A stretch of DNA of 64,000 nt, from positions 24,552,001-24,616,000 of the forward strand of contig CATNEN010000038.1 in NCBI GenBank assembly GCA_950097015.1, written 5' to 3'. Below are positions 49,401 through 60,700 of the stretch, piece by piece. The stretch comes from Macrostomum hystrix (taxonomy: Eukaryota; Animalia; Platyhelminthes). Numbering within the stretch: position 1 is the first letter of the stretch; every line of letters starts with the position of its first letter. The translations under genes and the position numbers were made by a program. Under the pieces are notes generated by a model, which saw only the letters and a list, made by a program, of their open reading frames with translations, ran no database searches and was not told the DNA's origin.

Positions 49401-51594
49401 GGATATATATGGTATATATATGTTATACTTTATATTGCAAAATGTATTTTAATACTAAAATAGATAATGTCTCTAAATTAACAAATATGACTAGATCATA
49501 ACATAAAAAGCTATTTGGTATTTTAGAACAATTCAATAAATTTTCTCCATGCAAATGAGTGCCTATATTAAACTACTAACTAGCATATATAATAACAAAA
49601 AAGCTATAACTAAGCAGTATTTATCAGCCCATTATTGGATAAATAGATCAAATGCTTAGAGGGCTGGGTAACTAAGAGGACTGGACAGCTAGCATTTATA
49701 TATATAAACTAGCATTAATAATAACAAAAGGTTCTAACTATGCAGTTTTTATCAGCACATTATTGGATAAATAGATCAAATGTTTAGAAAATATATCGTG
49801 CCTAGGCATAGCCTAGCTTGATTTCTACTTAACAAAAGTTTCACATCAGAAAAAGCCCATAAAGCTAAAGAACCTGAGTTAATAGTTAATTCCTGTAACC
49901 TGTTACTACAACTTTCTAATCTAGCAAGTAGTAATATAGTGGCTTTACTGTTACATTACAAGAAAATTCATATTCGACAAAAAGCAATCTTCAACTTCAC
50001 CATACAATGTAAGTCACATCTATGTATAGCTTTAAAGCAACTGACTAGCTTGTAAATTCTGCAAGTAACATCAAACCTGATAATGAATCATATACTGCCA
50101 GCCCCGTGCTGATGAATTTTAAATTCGTTTTTATTCAAACAGCACTTTAAAACAAAGTCGTATTTCAAAATTTAGGATTTTTAACAGGTTAAACAAAACA
50201 CAATAAATCGCTTAATTTCTAGCCTTGCTGCATTGAAGTACTAGTTAGTTAAAACAGATGAGCTTTTTCCGGTCTAGTCCATAGAAGAAAGCTTAACAGA
50301 CGAGCTTTTTCCAGGCTAGACGGGAGATATTTTAAGCTTTTTCCCCGTCTAGACCTCTGCCGTCGGGTGATTAGGCCTAGGCCCTACCGTTATGACTCTG
50401 CATTCATAGATGTAGCAATTAAATAAATAAATATATATATATTTAATTTTGTCCAAAATAATCTTTTTCCAATCAAGTCCACTGTTAGTCCAGAACTTTG
50501 TCCAATATCGGCTAGGCCTAGTCATAGATCAACACAATTTAGCTAGGCCTAGCTGTTATCAATTATTTTATTTGCCTAATGGCTAGGCCCCCTAGCTAGA
50601 CCTAAGTAAAATATACATTAGGCCTATCCTAGGCCTATGTACTTTGCCTTGCCTAGCATAGCTAGGGTAATGTATCATCAACTGAACAGTGTATCTTCAA
50701 AACTGAACAAGAATTTTGACCTCTTCCTTGGTCTCCTGCAAGACAGAAACAAGCTATCGTGTTTCACAGAACAACTAATTTGAGAGTTGAAGAAATTATC
50801 TACAAGCTGAGGCATGATGTGCAATGAAGCATTAAGAGGAAAGAAAGATATTGATGTTTCAGTAGAAATTTTTACTGCAAAAGCATACTTTTTAACCAAC
50901 TTTTTTTCAGTATGTACTTTAGACAAAGATTGTATGTGGTTGCTTGCCAATTAAATGACCATAAATGTAGTTATTTATAGAGCATGAAAAATGCTTTCAA
51001 ATTACATAATTCATGATAGTTCACTTCTTAAAATAAGATTAAACCACTCACTCAAATTGTAAAACCAAACATCAAATTCTCTGTTTGGTTTGAAGATACA
51101 TGAAAATCATTGTTTGGTTTTAGATAAAAAGCAGGAAAAACTTTTTTCTATTTGATAAAATTGCAAAAGCAGATACTTTTTAGAAAGATGTAACTGTTTT
51201 CTATAACTTGGCTTTTGATTTATCATCATATCTTAAATAGAAAATCTGTAGGCCTAGCTTAGGTTTGAAGTTAAAAAAATACACATTCTTGTTTGGTTGA
51301 TGATACATTACCCTAGCTATCCAGCCATTCTAGATAAGAAACTTGTTTGGTAGCTAGCTAAGCCTGATCACTTTAATCATTATTTATCAATTTTGGCCAA
51401 CCTAGATATGTCAATAAAAGCAAGATGTTTAATGTGCTATTCCCCTATAGTATGATATAACAGATTTTGGCTAGCTATGGCTATATCTAGCCTAAATAGG
51501 CTTAGCAATTGGCTCATTTTGATTTGTTTATTCTATTCAATTTGATCTAAGATTATTCATCAAAGCACTAGACCTACCTACTTAGGGCCTAATA

Positions 51595-52588
51595 CGAGGG
51601 GTGTCCCAAAAGTTCCCGGAATGTCCAAGGTAGCTCTTCAACAGAGCCATGAAATTTCATGCCCATGGTCTCAAATGAAAGGAAATTTTGTCACAAAGAA
51701 AACAATGTTAAAATCATGTTCATATCTTTTTCTATTCAGGAGCTGCAGCAAGAAACATGCGCGAAGGTCAAGGGTAGTGTTACACAAGCTCAATAATCTA
51801 TGGAAATGATATGAAGTGTGAGGAGGCGGGGAACCCAGCAGGCTGAGATCTTTGAGAGACCCAGATTGTTGACAATTATTCGATGGATAGTCGACTTGGC
51901 AATACCCAATTGATCAGAGATCTCTCAAATAGTCAAGCAGGCATCCAAGTCCAGCAGGGCCTCGATCCATTGATGGGATGTCTCGCCACCCAATGTGCAC
52001 GGACAACCAGAGCGTGGCTGATCATTCACAGCAGATTGGCCATCTTTAAAGCATTCAATCCATCCATAAATGGCAGTTTTTTTCAGGCTGTTCTCACTGT
52101 GGATAGAGAATAAGTGGTCAGAAATCTTGGCTCCACTCCATCCTACTGACCAAAGGGCAAAAACTTGACTTCACTGACTTTCAAGGCTCTGAAGAGAACT
52201 TGCAAAAAATTCAAGTTGAAAGACAGCGCTTGGTACAAATTATCTGCACTCCTGTAAAAGCTCAGATAAGCTTTATGAGCATTTCTGTTTTTTTCCATAG
52301 ACACTGCCACGTCTTTCTGACACCTCAGTAGCAATAATTCAAAATGAAAATATCCAAAAATGGAGATGAAAAATCATTGCCATAAAGTTTTGAGCTTGTG
52401 TAACACTACCCCTGACCTTCGCGCATGTTTCTTGCTGCAGCTCCTGAATAGAAAAAGATATGAACATGATTCTAACTTTGTTTTCTTTGTGAAAAAATTT
52501 CCTTTCATTTGACACCATGGGCATGAAATTTCATGGCTCCGTTGAAGAGCTACCTTGGACATTCTGGGAACTTTTGGGACACCCCTCA
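51595..52588 (-). mobile_element. Non-autonomous mariner derivative with ~215-bp TIRs
   Basis: TA-CGAGGGGTGTCCCAAAAGTTCC...GGAACTTTTGGGACACCCCTCA-TA. Internal stop-containing N-terminal transposase WIECFKDG..DQPRSG..STIHRI..LGLSKISACWVPRLLT. Confidence 0.88.
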
Positions 52589-52822
52589 TAGTTTATAACT
52601 TTTAAGTTGGTGATACTGTGTTAAAACAAAATCTGATCACATCCCAGCTGCAGTCTATTAGGCCAAGGCAGATATTTGAATCAGAGTCTGTTTATTTATG
52701 TCAGAGTTAGAATAGACTAAGTCAATGATACACAATGGTTAATAATGCAGTTAGCTACAAAGTTTTCATTACATCAAATTAAGCTTCATTTCCAGTGATA
52801 CATCAGTCAAAAGAAAAAAATC

Positions 52823-55800
52823 ATGGCTGGTGCTTGTGATCGAACTCTGCCAATATTTAGCATGGGTGATGGCACCCTATCAGTACCAATGTCTCTCCAT
52901 GCTAAAAACAGGCAACGCCTTTGTGAGAGACTACGTACTGATGCTGCTTATGTTGCTATGCCAAGCATTGTGCTTCTACAAGGTGAAACTGAGCTGCCGC
53001 GAAATGGCACTGATGTGACCTACATGTTTCACCAGGACTCATTCTTTCACTGGGCATTTGGCGTGCTTGAACCAGACTGCTACGGAGCTATTGACGTGGC
53101 CACTGGCCGCAGCTATATATTTATGCCCCGCCTACCAGAAGATTATGCCGTCTGGATGGGCCGGTTGCAGACCCCCATAGAATTCCAACGGAAGTATGAT
53201 GTTGATGAGGTGAAAAAAACAGCTATTTTTATGTGTATTTAGGAATATTCTCACCCAATAGGATATCATCTGACATCCTAAAGCTCAGCTGACACCCTTG
53301 AATCTCATCTGACACCATTGAGTACCTTTTGACATCCTTGACTCTCATCTGAGATCCTCAAATCTCTTCTGACATCCTTGAATCTCAGCTGACATCCTTG
53401 AATCTCATCTGACACCCTTGAATCTCATCTGACATCCTTGAATCTTATCTGACACCCTTGTATCTCATCTGACATCCTTGAATCTTATCTGACACCATTG
53501 AATAACTTTTGAAATCCATAAATAGTTTATGAAAAACCTTCCGAATTCCAAAGTTTAGCTTCTGACACCAACTCAATATTTACTGACACTATTTCTGACT
53601 TGGAAACTAATTGTGTTCCTTAACATCAGGTGCACTATGTAGACGAGATGGCTCAAGTTCTAGCCAATCTAGGCCACTCTGACGGCTCCTCAAATCGTCC
53701 AACTCTTCTAACACTGTCCGGCGTCAATTCGGATAGTCGACTGCGAACTCGCGAAGCCGCATTCGATGGCATCGGCGATTTTCCGGTGAATCGCGATCTA
53801 CTCTACAAAGTAATCTGCGACTGCCGGCTGTACAAGACCGAAGAAGAGCTGGCCGTGCTTCGCTATGCCAATAGAATTAGTAGCGACGCTCACAAGCGAG
53901 TGATGCGAGCTGTTCGACCTGGCTGGAGAGAGTACCAAGCCGAGGCCACATTCCAGCACTACTGCTATCACATTGGCGGTATGAGACACGTGGCTTACAC
54001 CTGCATCGGAGCATCCGGTTGTAACTGCGCCGTACTGCATTACGGCCACGCTGGGGCGCCTAATGAGCGACTAATTAACGACGGAGATATGTGCCTGTTT
54101 GATATGGGCGGCGAATACTATGGCTATGCTAGCGATATCACCTGCAGCTTTCCGGTTAATGGAAAATTTACTGCCAATCAGAAGCTTGTCTATGAGGTTA
54201 ATTAATTTTGTGTTTCTGCCTTCTTCCTAGTATAGCTTTTGAATGCCGATGGGCATTCAAACTCAGCCAGCCCATCTTGTCACTGCGTTTTTTTTACTGA
54301 AGCTGCTAATTTTTACCATAGACATGCATTTTAAGACCAAGCTATCTCAGCTTGGGACGAGCAATCTCAGCCAACATATAAGTTCTATGTTATTCTGTCT
54401 ATAGTTTTGTTAACATTTTTTAAACAGTCTATTTACAAGAGAAAAACAGGGTAACAGAAAACAGAGTATGGGATGGGATATACAGAGCAAACTTTGAAAA
54501 TGGCTACCAGAGATGATCAGTTAACAGGCTATTTCAGTTTAGTTGAAAGGTACCTCCTGGATGCATTGTGGGAAGCTCCGGTTGCAGTGAATTTCCCACC
54601 TGGCTACCTTCATTGGCGTCACAACTTGCAAAGAGTCTCGGCCCACTCGCTCCAGCAGAAAAATGCGCCATTCCACGCAGGTGACTCCATCAGGTCGGCC
54701 ACCAGCTTCTTCCTCCACCAGTGCGGGGTCAGCGAGCTGCAGCTTGATCGAAGCCTTCACTGCACTATGAGCCATCTCACACGGGTTGAGAAACGGCGAG
54801 TAAGCGGGCAGCAGCTGAATTTCAAACTGATGGCGGTGCTGCTCCGGCACTGTCACACCACGATGAAAGCTTGGACCATCGCAGACTATGAAGACTCTGG
54901 CGTTGCCGATTTCCGGGATGACTTGCTCCACGAGGTCATTGATGAATTGTTGAAACCTCTCCTTTGTCTGGCCTCCTCTGAAAAACTCACTCTTCACCAA
55001 CCCAAGTGCAGATGACACGGCCAGACAGATGGAAAGATTTGGACCCCTCTGTGTTGGGCAACGCCGTCTCACTGGATGACCCCGTCGCGACCTTCCCTGT
55101 GATCTGCGCGTCCAGAGGTTGTACCCCGTCTCGTCTATAGAACTTATATGTTGGCTGAGATTGATCGTCCCGAGCTGAGATAGCTTGGTCTTAAAATGCA
55201 TGTCTATGGTAAAAATTAGCAGCTTCAGTAAAAAGAACCGCAGTGACAAGATGGGCTGGCTGAGTTTGAATGCCCATTCGCTGAGATAGCCTGACAAAAG
55301 CTATATCTTGTCAGCTGTATAGTATTAATTATGCAATTTTGTAGGATTAATTATACAAATTTGGGATCAATTGGGTGTAATTAGAGACAAATTAGGTAGA
55401 TGTGGGATTAATTAGGTAGATGCGGGATCAATTAGGTAGATGTGGGATCAATTAGGTAGATGTGGGATCAATTAGGTAGATGTGGGATCAATTAGGTAGA
55501 TGCGGGATTAATTAGGTATATTTGGGATTGGATAGGTAATATAGCTTTTGTAGTTGTAAACTAGTAATATAAGAAAGGCTATGTGGATATTATTTGAGAA
55601 CTGTAGCTGCATGTCTGATATGCAACTCAGGCCGTACTGGACGCCAATCGGGCCGTTCTTGCCGCCTTCCGTCCCGGCGCCTCCTGGCCCGAGCTGCATC
55701 TGCTGGCTCTGCGTGTCATCCTGCGCCACCTGGTTGCTATGGGCATTCTGCACGGCGACCTGGACGAAATGATGGCAGCCAAATTAGGCGCCGTTTTTAT

Positions 55801-56909
55801 GCCTCACGGCCTAGGCCACCTGATGGGCCTGGATGTTCACGACGTTGGCGGCTATCCGAATGGCGGCTCTCGCTCCCCCGATCCCAATTTGAGATCGCTG
55901 CGCACTTTGCGCACCCTTGAGACCGGCATGGTGCTCACTATTGAGCCCGGATTGTACTTTCAGGTAAATTTTACTATTTTGCTTTAGGTTGACACGATCG
56001 AGATGCAGGGAGCTACAGGTCGTTTGAAGGCTCAGTTTGTTGGCAGGCTTTAGTTCAGGGGCCGGAAAACTTATTTGCTAGCCGGCCAACGAGACAGGGG
56101 GGTGATGAGAGAGCGAAGAGATAAGACAGGGGAGAGATGAAACAGGATACTATAGTTGTCAACGGTAACGGTCCGGATTTGGAAGCTTCGAGGGCCGCAT
56201 CGGACCTGTGGGCCGGAGTTTGCCTACCCCTGCTCTAGTTGTACTGTTGTTAGTTAATTACTATTAAAATAAATAATTGGTTACACCTGCCCCATTTGGG
56301 TCAGATTTGTCTGTTCAGTCCATGGACTGGCGAAGGACGCGACACCCGCCCAACCTCAAATAAATTCGCTGATGCAGGCACCTATTGAACAGCTGGGTGA
56401 ACTGAAGCAACGCAGAGTTAAGTGTCTGTCTTACTAAAGGACACTAATTGTTCCAGAATCTAGTGTACTCGGGAATCGAACCCCACGCCTACAATAACAA
56501 GACGCAAGTCCCAAGCCTTATTCGATGCATTGGGGCTACAGCCGCTTATGTCAGGAGTTGCAGTAGAGACAGGTTTCTCAGAAAGACACTGGTTCCAACC
56601 AGCCAATACGCAGTTTACACTCTGAATGCACATGTTGGAGGTAAATTTGTATTCGCCACTCACCTTCAGGATGCTCTGCTAGACCGTGCCCTGGCCAATC
56701 CGGACCAGGCTCGCTTCATCAATGCCGATCGGCTAGCCGAATTCCGCGGCACTGGCGGTGTGCGCATCGAGGACGACGTAGTGGTGACCGCAGACGGCGC
56801 TGAACTTATGACCGACGTGCCTCGCACTGTTGAAGAAATCGAGGCCTTCATGACCAGCCGCTTTAGCGACGATCTCGCCAGTGGTATTGAAGGAAAACAA
56901 GCTCCTTGA
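52823..56909 (+). CDS. PEPD: Xaa-Pro dipeptidase (prolidase, peptidase M24B), 4 exons, ~508 aa
   Basis: Exons 52823-53209, 53630-54196, 55631-55963, 56670-56909 (all phase 0, 1527 nt). Motifs [74 protein letters not shown]. Confidence 0.95.
53265..53515. repeat. 20-bp minisatellite GAATCTCATCTGACATCCTT in PEPD intron 1
   Basis: Degenerate tandem units. Confidence 0.85.
54231..55305 (-). mobile_element. IS630/Tc1-superfamily deletion derivative with ~155-bp TIRs in PEPD intron 2
   Basis: TATAGCTTTTG...CAAAAGCTATA ends. Inverted blocks ~54231-54387 and ~55137-55305. Catalytic domain [33 protein letters not shown] with no DNA-binding N-terminus. Confidence 0.85.
55335..55520. repeat. 20-bp minisatellite ATTAGGTAGATGTGGGATCA in PEPD intron 2
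   Basis: Tandem units. Confidence 0.85.
56056..56232. mobile_element. hAT (Charlie-like) MITE in PEPD intron 3
   Basis: CAGGGG...CCCCTG termini; 8-bp TSD CTTTAGTT / CTCTAGTT with one mismatch. Confidence 0.7.
56265..56520 (-). mobile_element. SINE family A (tRNA head plus CORE-like domain)
   Basis: The - strand has B-box GGTTCGATTCCC, then GTGTCCTTTAGTAAGACAGACACTTAACTCTGCGTTGCTTCAGTTCACCCAGCTG, 3' end GGGCAGGTGTAA and an AT-rich tail. Confidence 0.7.
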
Positions 56910-57709
56910 CATTGAGCCTTGTTGTAGATCGGATAATCGACTGTTTACTTTCAATCCTTAAAAAATAAAAATCGATTTAACCATTTTTAACTCGGTAAAA
57001 AATTAAGCAAAAAGGGCTGATTAAAATTTCTTTTTTTGTAGCCTTCATGCTAACGATAAAATTTTTATTGATCATTTTCTCATTTTCAATTTGAGCCATT
57101 TTTTATCTACTCGTATATTCATTCGTATCATTTTGACTGAAAAAAAGTGTTGATTTTTCACTATAATAGTATTTATAGCAGTATTTTAATTTCTGTATAA
57201 AATTTGGTTAATGTTTTAAATCTATCATGTCATGCTACCAAAAAGTTGCCATGATTTTCAGTCTTATCTTTTACGTCTTCTAACGCTTCCGGTGTTTTTA
57301 TGATTTTGATCGAATAACTATTTATTAAAAAGATTTATCAATTGAATTTTCATTAATTATTATTAATAAAATGATAAATTATTTTGTTCCAGCCTTGATT
57401 TGTTCCACCTGTTTACGACCACGAGCTTGTCAGTTATGTAGCTTCTTGACAGTGCGCCGAAATTTAGTTTAGTTTTTAGTTTAGGTTAAGGCTTCTTGTT
57501 TGTATAGATTATAGGCATATTGAATAAAATGAACGAATATATAGCAACAAAACGTAGTAAATTATCGAGTCATAGATTTTGAATCAGGTATAATCGATAA
57601 AACTTTAATCGCTAAAACTTTATTTGTAGCTTATGTGTATATTTGCATACTATTAGTCTCCCGTCTATCATTCTCAACTTCATTTATTTTCAGCATTCGA
57701 CAGTTTATT

Positions 57710-60700
57710 ATGTCACAAATTGCAAGGACCCTAGTCTGCATAACAATGGTGTGCTCAATGATTGCGTCAGCTGGTTCTCTACAACCATTTAGTCAGATGC
57801 CGCAGTTTGTCTTTAATCGGCTAATAAAACTACTCTTTTTACAGTCCGACGTCTGGGAGGCTGGTATGCCAGATTCATTTGCCATTCTCAGTTCTGGCAG
57901 CGAGATGACTCTACGCATTCGACTAGCTGACAATTTGAGTGCCGGGTTTAGAAGAATATTAGTTTTCAGGTTTGTTTAACTAAGTTTTAAAATAAATGTT
58001 GACTCGAGTAGTCTCGTTAGAGAATATGCATTATCATTTAAGATCAGTTGATGTCCACATTTTCCAACAGATGTCCTAATAAATCAATAGACGATCATAT
58101 AGACATGGACAGTTTGGAAGCAACCATAGTTAGCGAACAATGCTCTGGCGTTGGTAACATGGCGTTCAGCATTAGAAAACCGCAGACAATAACTTCCTCT
58201 CCATTGGCGGACGATTTTACACTGACTATGTCAACCAGTCGGGTGTCTTATCGTGATGTGCTACGCCGTTATCTGCTTCTTAGAATCATCATTGAATATT
58301 CTAACGGTGAAACATTGCAGTCCAATAGTCTGTCGGTGTGGAATCTGGATCCATTGTCTGATTATCCGCCTTGTCCGCCAATTGTTCCAGCCTATTCTAG
58401 GCGCAGTTTTATAACCCAAGCCGGTATTGAATTCTTAATTGGTCGCAGCTTTGGTCCCGGCGGACTCACCAGCCTGCAATTTATTGACCCCGGCATCATC
58501 GCAATCTTATCCGAGGCGCCAAAATTTTTTATTTCCAAAATAAATTTAGGCGCCATTTTAAATTTCGACTGCGGCGGTTGCTACAACGTGCAGCCCAGCA
58601 CAATGTTTACTAGTTACGGTTCCAGATTCGATCGTAGGCATGTTCTTCTACAAAAATTGACACGTCTAAATTTGCAAACTGGCAAACTTTGGTATTCAAA
58701 GTGTCGACTGACTAATGAGATCTATACACTCTATGAGAGTAAATTTCCATCTAGTATTGGTCTATGCCTAGTAACTTCAGTTACTGGCCAAATGCAGCCG
58801 TGTTACCAGGTTAGCCAAATCCGGTCTATACTGGAAAATGCAACAGATTTCAGCTATGCGAATTGTTTGACTCCGTCTAAGATGGAATGCGACGTTGTGC
58901 CAGATTCTAAGTCTGACATCGCAGTGTATGCCGGCACAGGTTATGCCTCTCTAGTCTGTCCGATTATTTGCGACGATGCCACAATTGCTTATCGTTTCTA
59001 TATCAACGATAGGTTATTGATTCCGCCAATAACATCAGATTGGGATGTCGATAACGATGCTGGAGGTGTTCGTATAGCCAGGTCTGGCAATGTCATCGAA
59101 TTAGACCCGGCAAACGCTCAGTCGGGTGTTTATCGATGCGAAGCCGGTTCCAGGTGAATGAATCAAGCCCAAATATAATTTATCCGCTATGTATCGAAAC
59201 ATTCGTAATATTTAGTAATCATTATTTCGATAGATATCAGTCGAATTTTTACTAAAACAGTCGATGCTTTTTTAGATCGTTCAACTTTAGTGTTCGAGTT
59301 ATTACAGCGCCAAGATTTGCTACTTCTGCTGCCGCTCCGTCTTCTCACCCATTGCCGCTGAAAGTGTTCGCGGTGGAAGGTGAGACAATGAGTTACACCT
59401 GCGCTGTAGCCTACTCTGGTCTGCAGTCGGTTGTACTTCGGCCTGTGTTTTATCTGCCGTCTAATGTCTGGAATGCAACCTCATCTCACACAGCTGTCAG
59501 TTGGACTAGGCACAATTTGGATAGCTTTGAACAGCTTCTTGGCATTGCGCCGTCACCGCTGATTGTTAGACTCAATTCTACTGCGAATGCCTACAATCGG
59601 TATGAGGCTGGACATGAGTTTAATGTGCTAGAATGTTGTTACCGCTAGATTTGACTCGTCTTGCTCAAAGAAACTGATTTGAGCGACCCTTTCGGTTGAG
59701 AATCAAACTCTCGACTTGTCAGTCAGAAGTGCAAAAGTTCTAATGATTATACTTAAATCAGGTTAATTATTTTTACAGTTCAAGAACAGATGTTATGAAT
59801 AGTACTAATAAAAATTGCATAAGGACTGCAGGCAATGGCACATCAATTTATAGTTACACTAGACACAGCCAGCAAAGAGGTATTTCTTCCTATTTCGCTG
59901 ACTGCTGAGCACATGCGCTCACAGGTGTGTACATCTGTCCAAACTTTCTCATCGTCAGGCAGTGTACAATTTTGCTGTGCCTTGGAGATTAGACCTCGCC
60001 GCAGCGACCTTGATCCACTCACGCCAGGCTGTTGTGACTCTCAACTTTCAGATCCATTCTAACACTGACCACTATTGTAAAATCGACGCCGGCATTGGTT
60101 GCTAAGCAACGACCAATATTCGGGCATCGTTTCGTTTGCGAATCCGGCGTCACTTCGCCAGACGAAGTGTCCAATATATTTGGCTTCTCGTCTTTGTCAT
60201 CATCAGTGTCTGATCTTAGCTGGGCGACCCAGTCTCGCTCGGATATTGTTCATCTGCAGAGACCTAATCGCGACAGTTTCATAGCGGATTTAGAATCAAA
60301 CAGCTGCTCTAAACAGCGTTGTCACCTGGGTCTGGGGGCTACCTTTAAATTTGGGCTCAGCTCAAATTACGCAGCCTATTTGAAGTCATCCGGAGTTGAA
60401 ATTGTGGCCTATTTGAGGCTAGATAGCTTTTTATTAACAGATGTGTCAGCTCTAATGCGTCCCAATGTGTCCAAACTAACAGTGGCAGATGCGTCATCGT
60501 ACGCCATCACCTACGAGATATTACCGTTCGACAATAGCCATAGTTACAGTGTAGAGGCTCGCGGCATTTTAGAAAACCACACGAAACTAACTTCCGTGTT
60601 TAATTTTCGCTATAGCAACAGAGGGCAGATGCTTGGTCTGAGTATTGATAAGAGTCGCTACGGCCGGCCCCTTGTGTCTCTTGGAAGTTTAGATTGTCGG

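Larger units (their letters stand above)
35063..50369 (+). mobile_element. 15.3-kb KDZ (Kyakuja-Dileera-Zisupton) DNA transposon with long TIRs and two convergent spliced genes
   Basis: Termini CACCCGACGG...CCGTCGGGTG. TIR 35063-35684 is the reverse complement of 49748-50369 (622 bp). Flanking direct repeat ATTAGGC (35056-35062, 50370-50376). Internal KDZ transposase. Confidence 0.9.

Noticed and set aside
59649-59761. Extra exon of the Ig-like gene
   Set aside because: Contains an in-frame TGA; exon 3 splices in phase directly to 60052.
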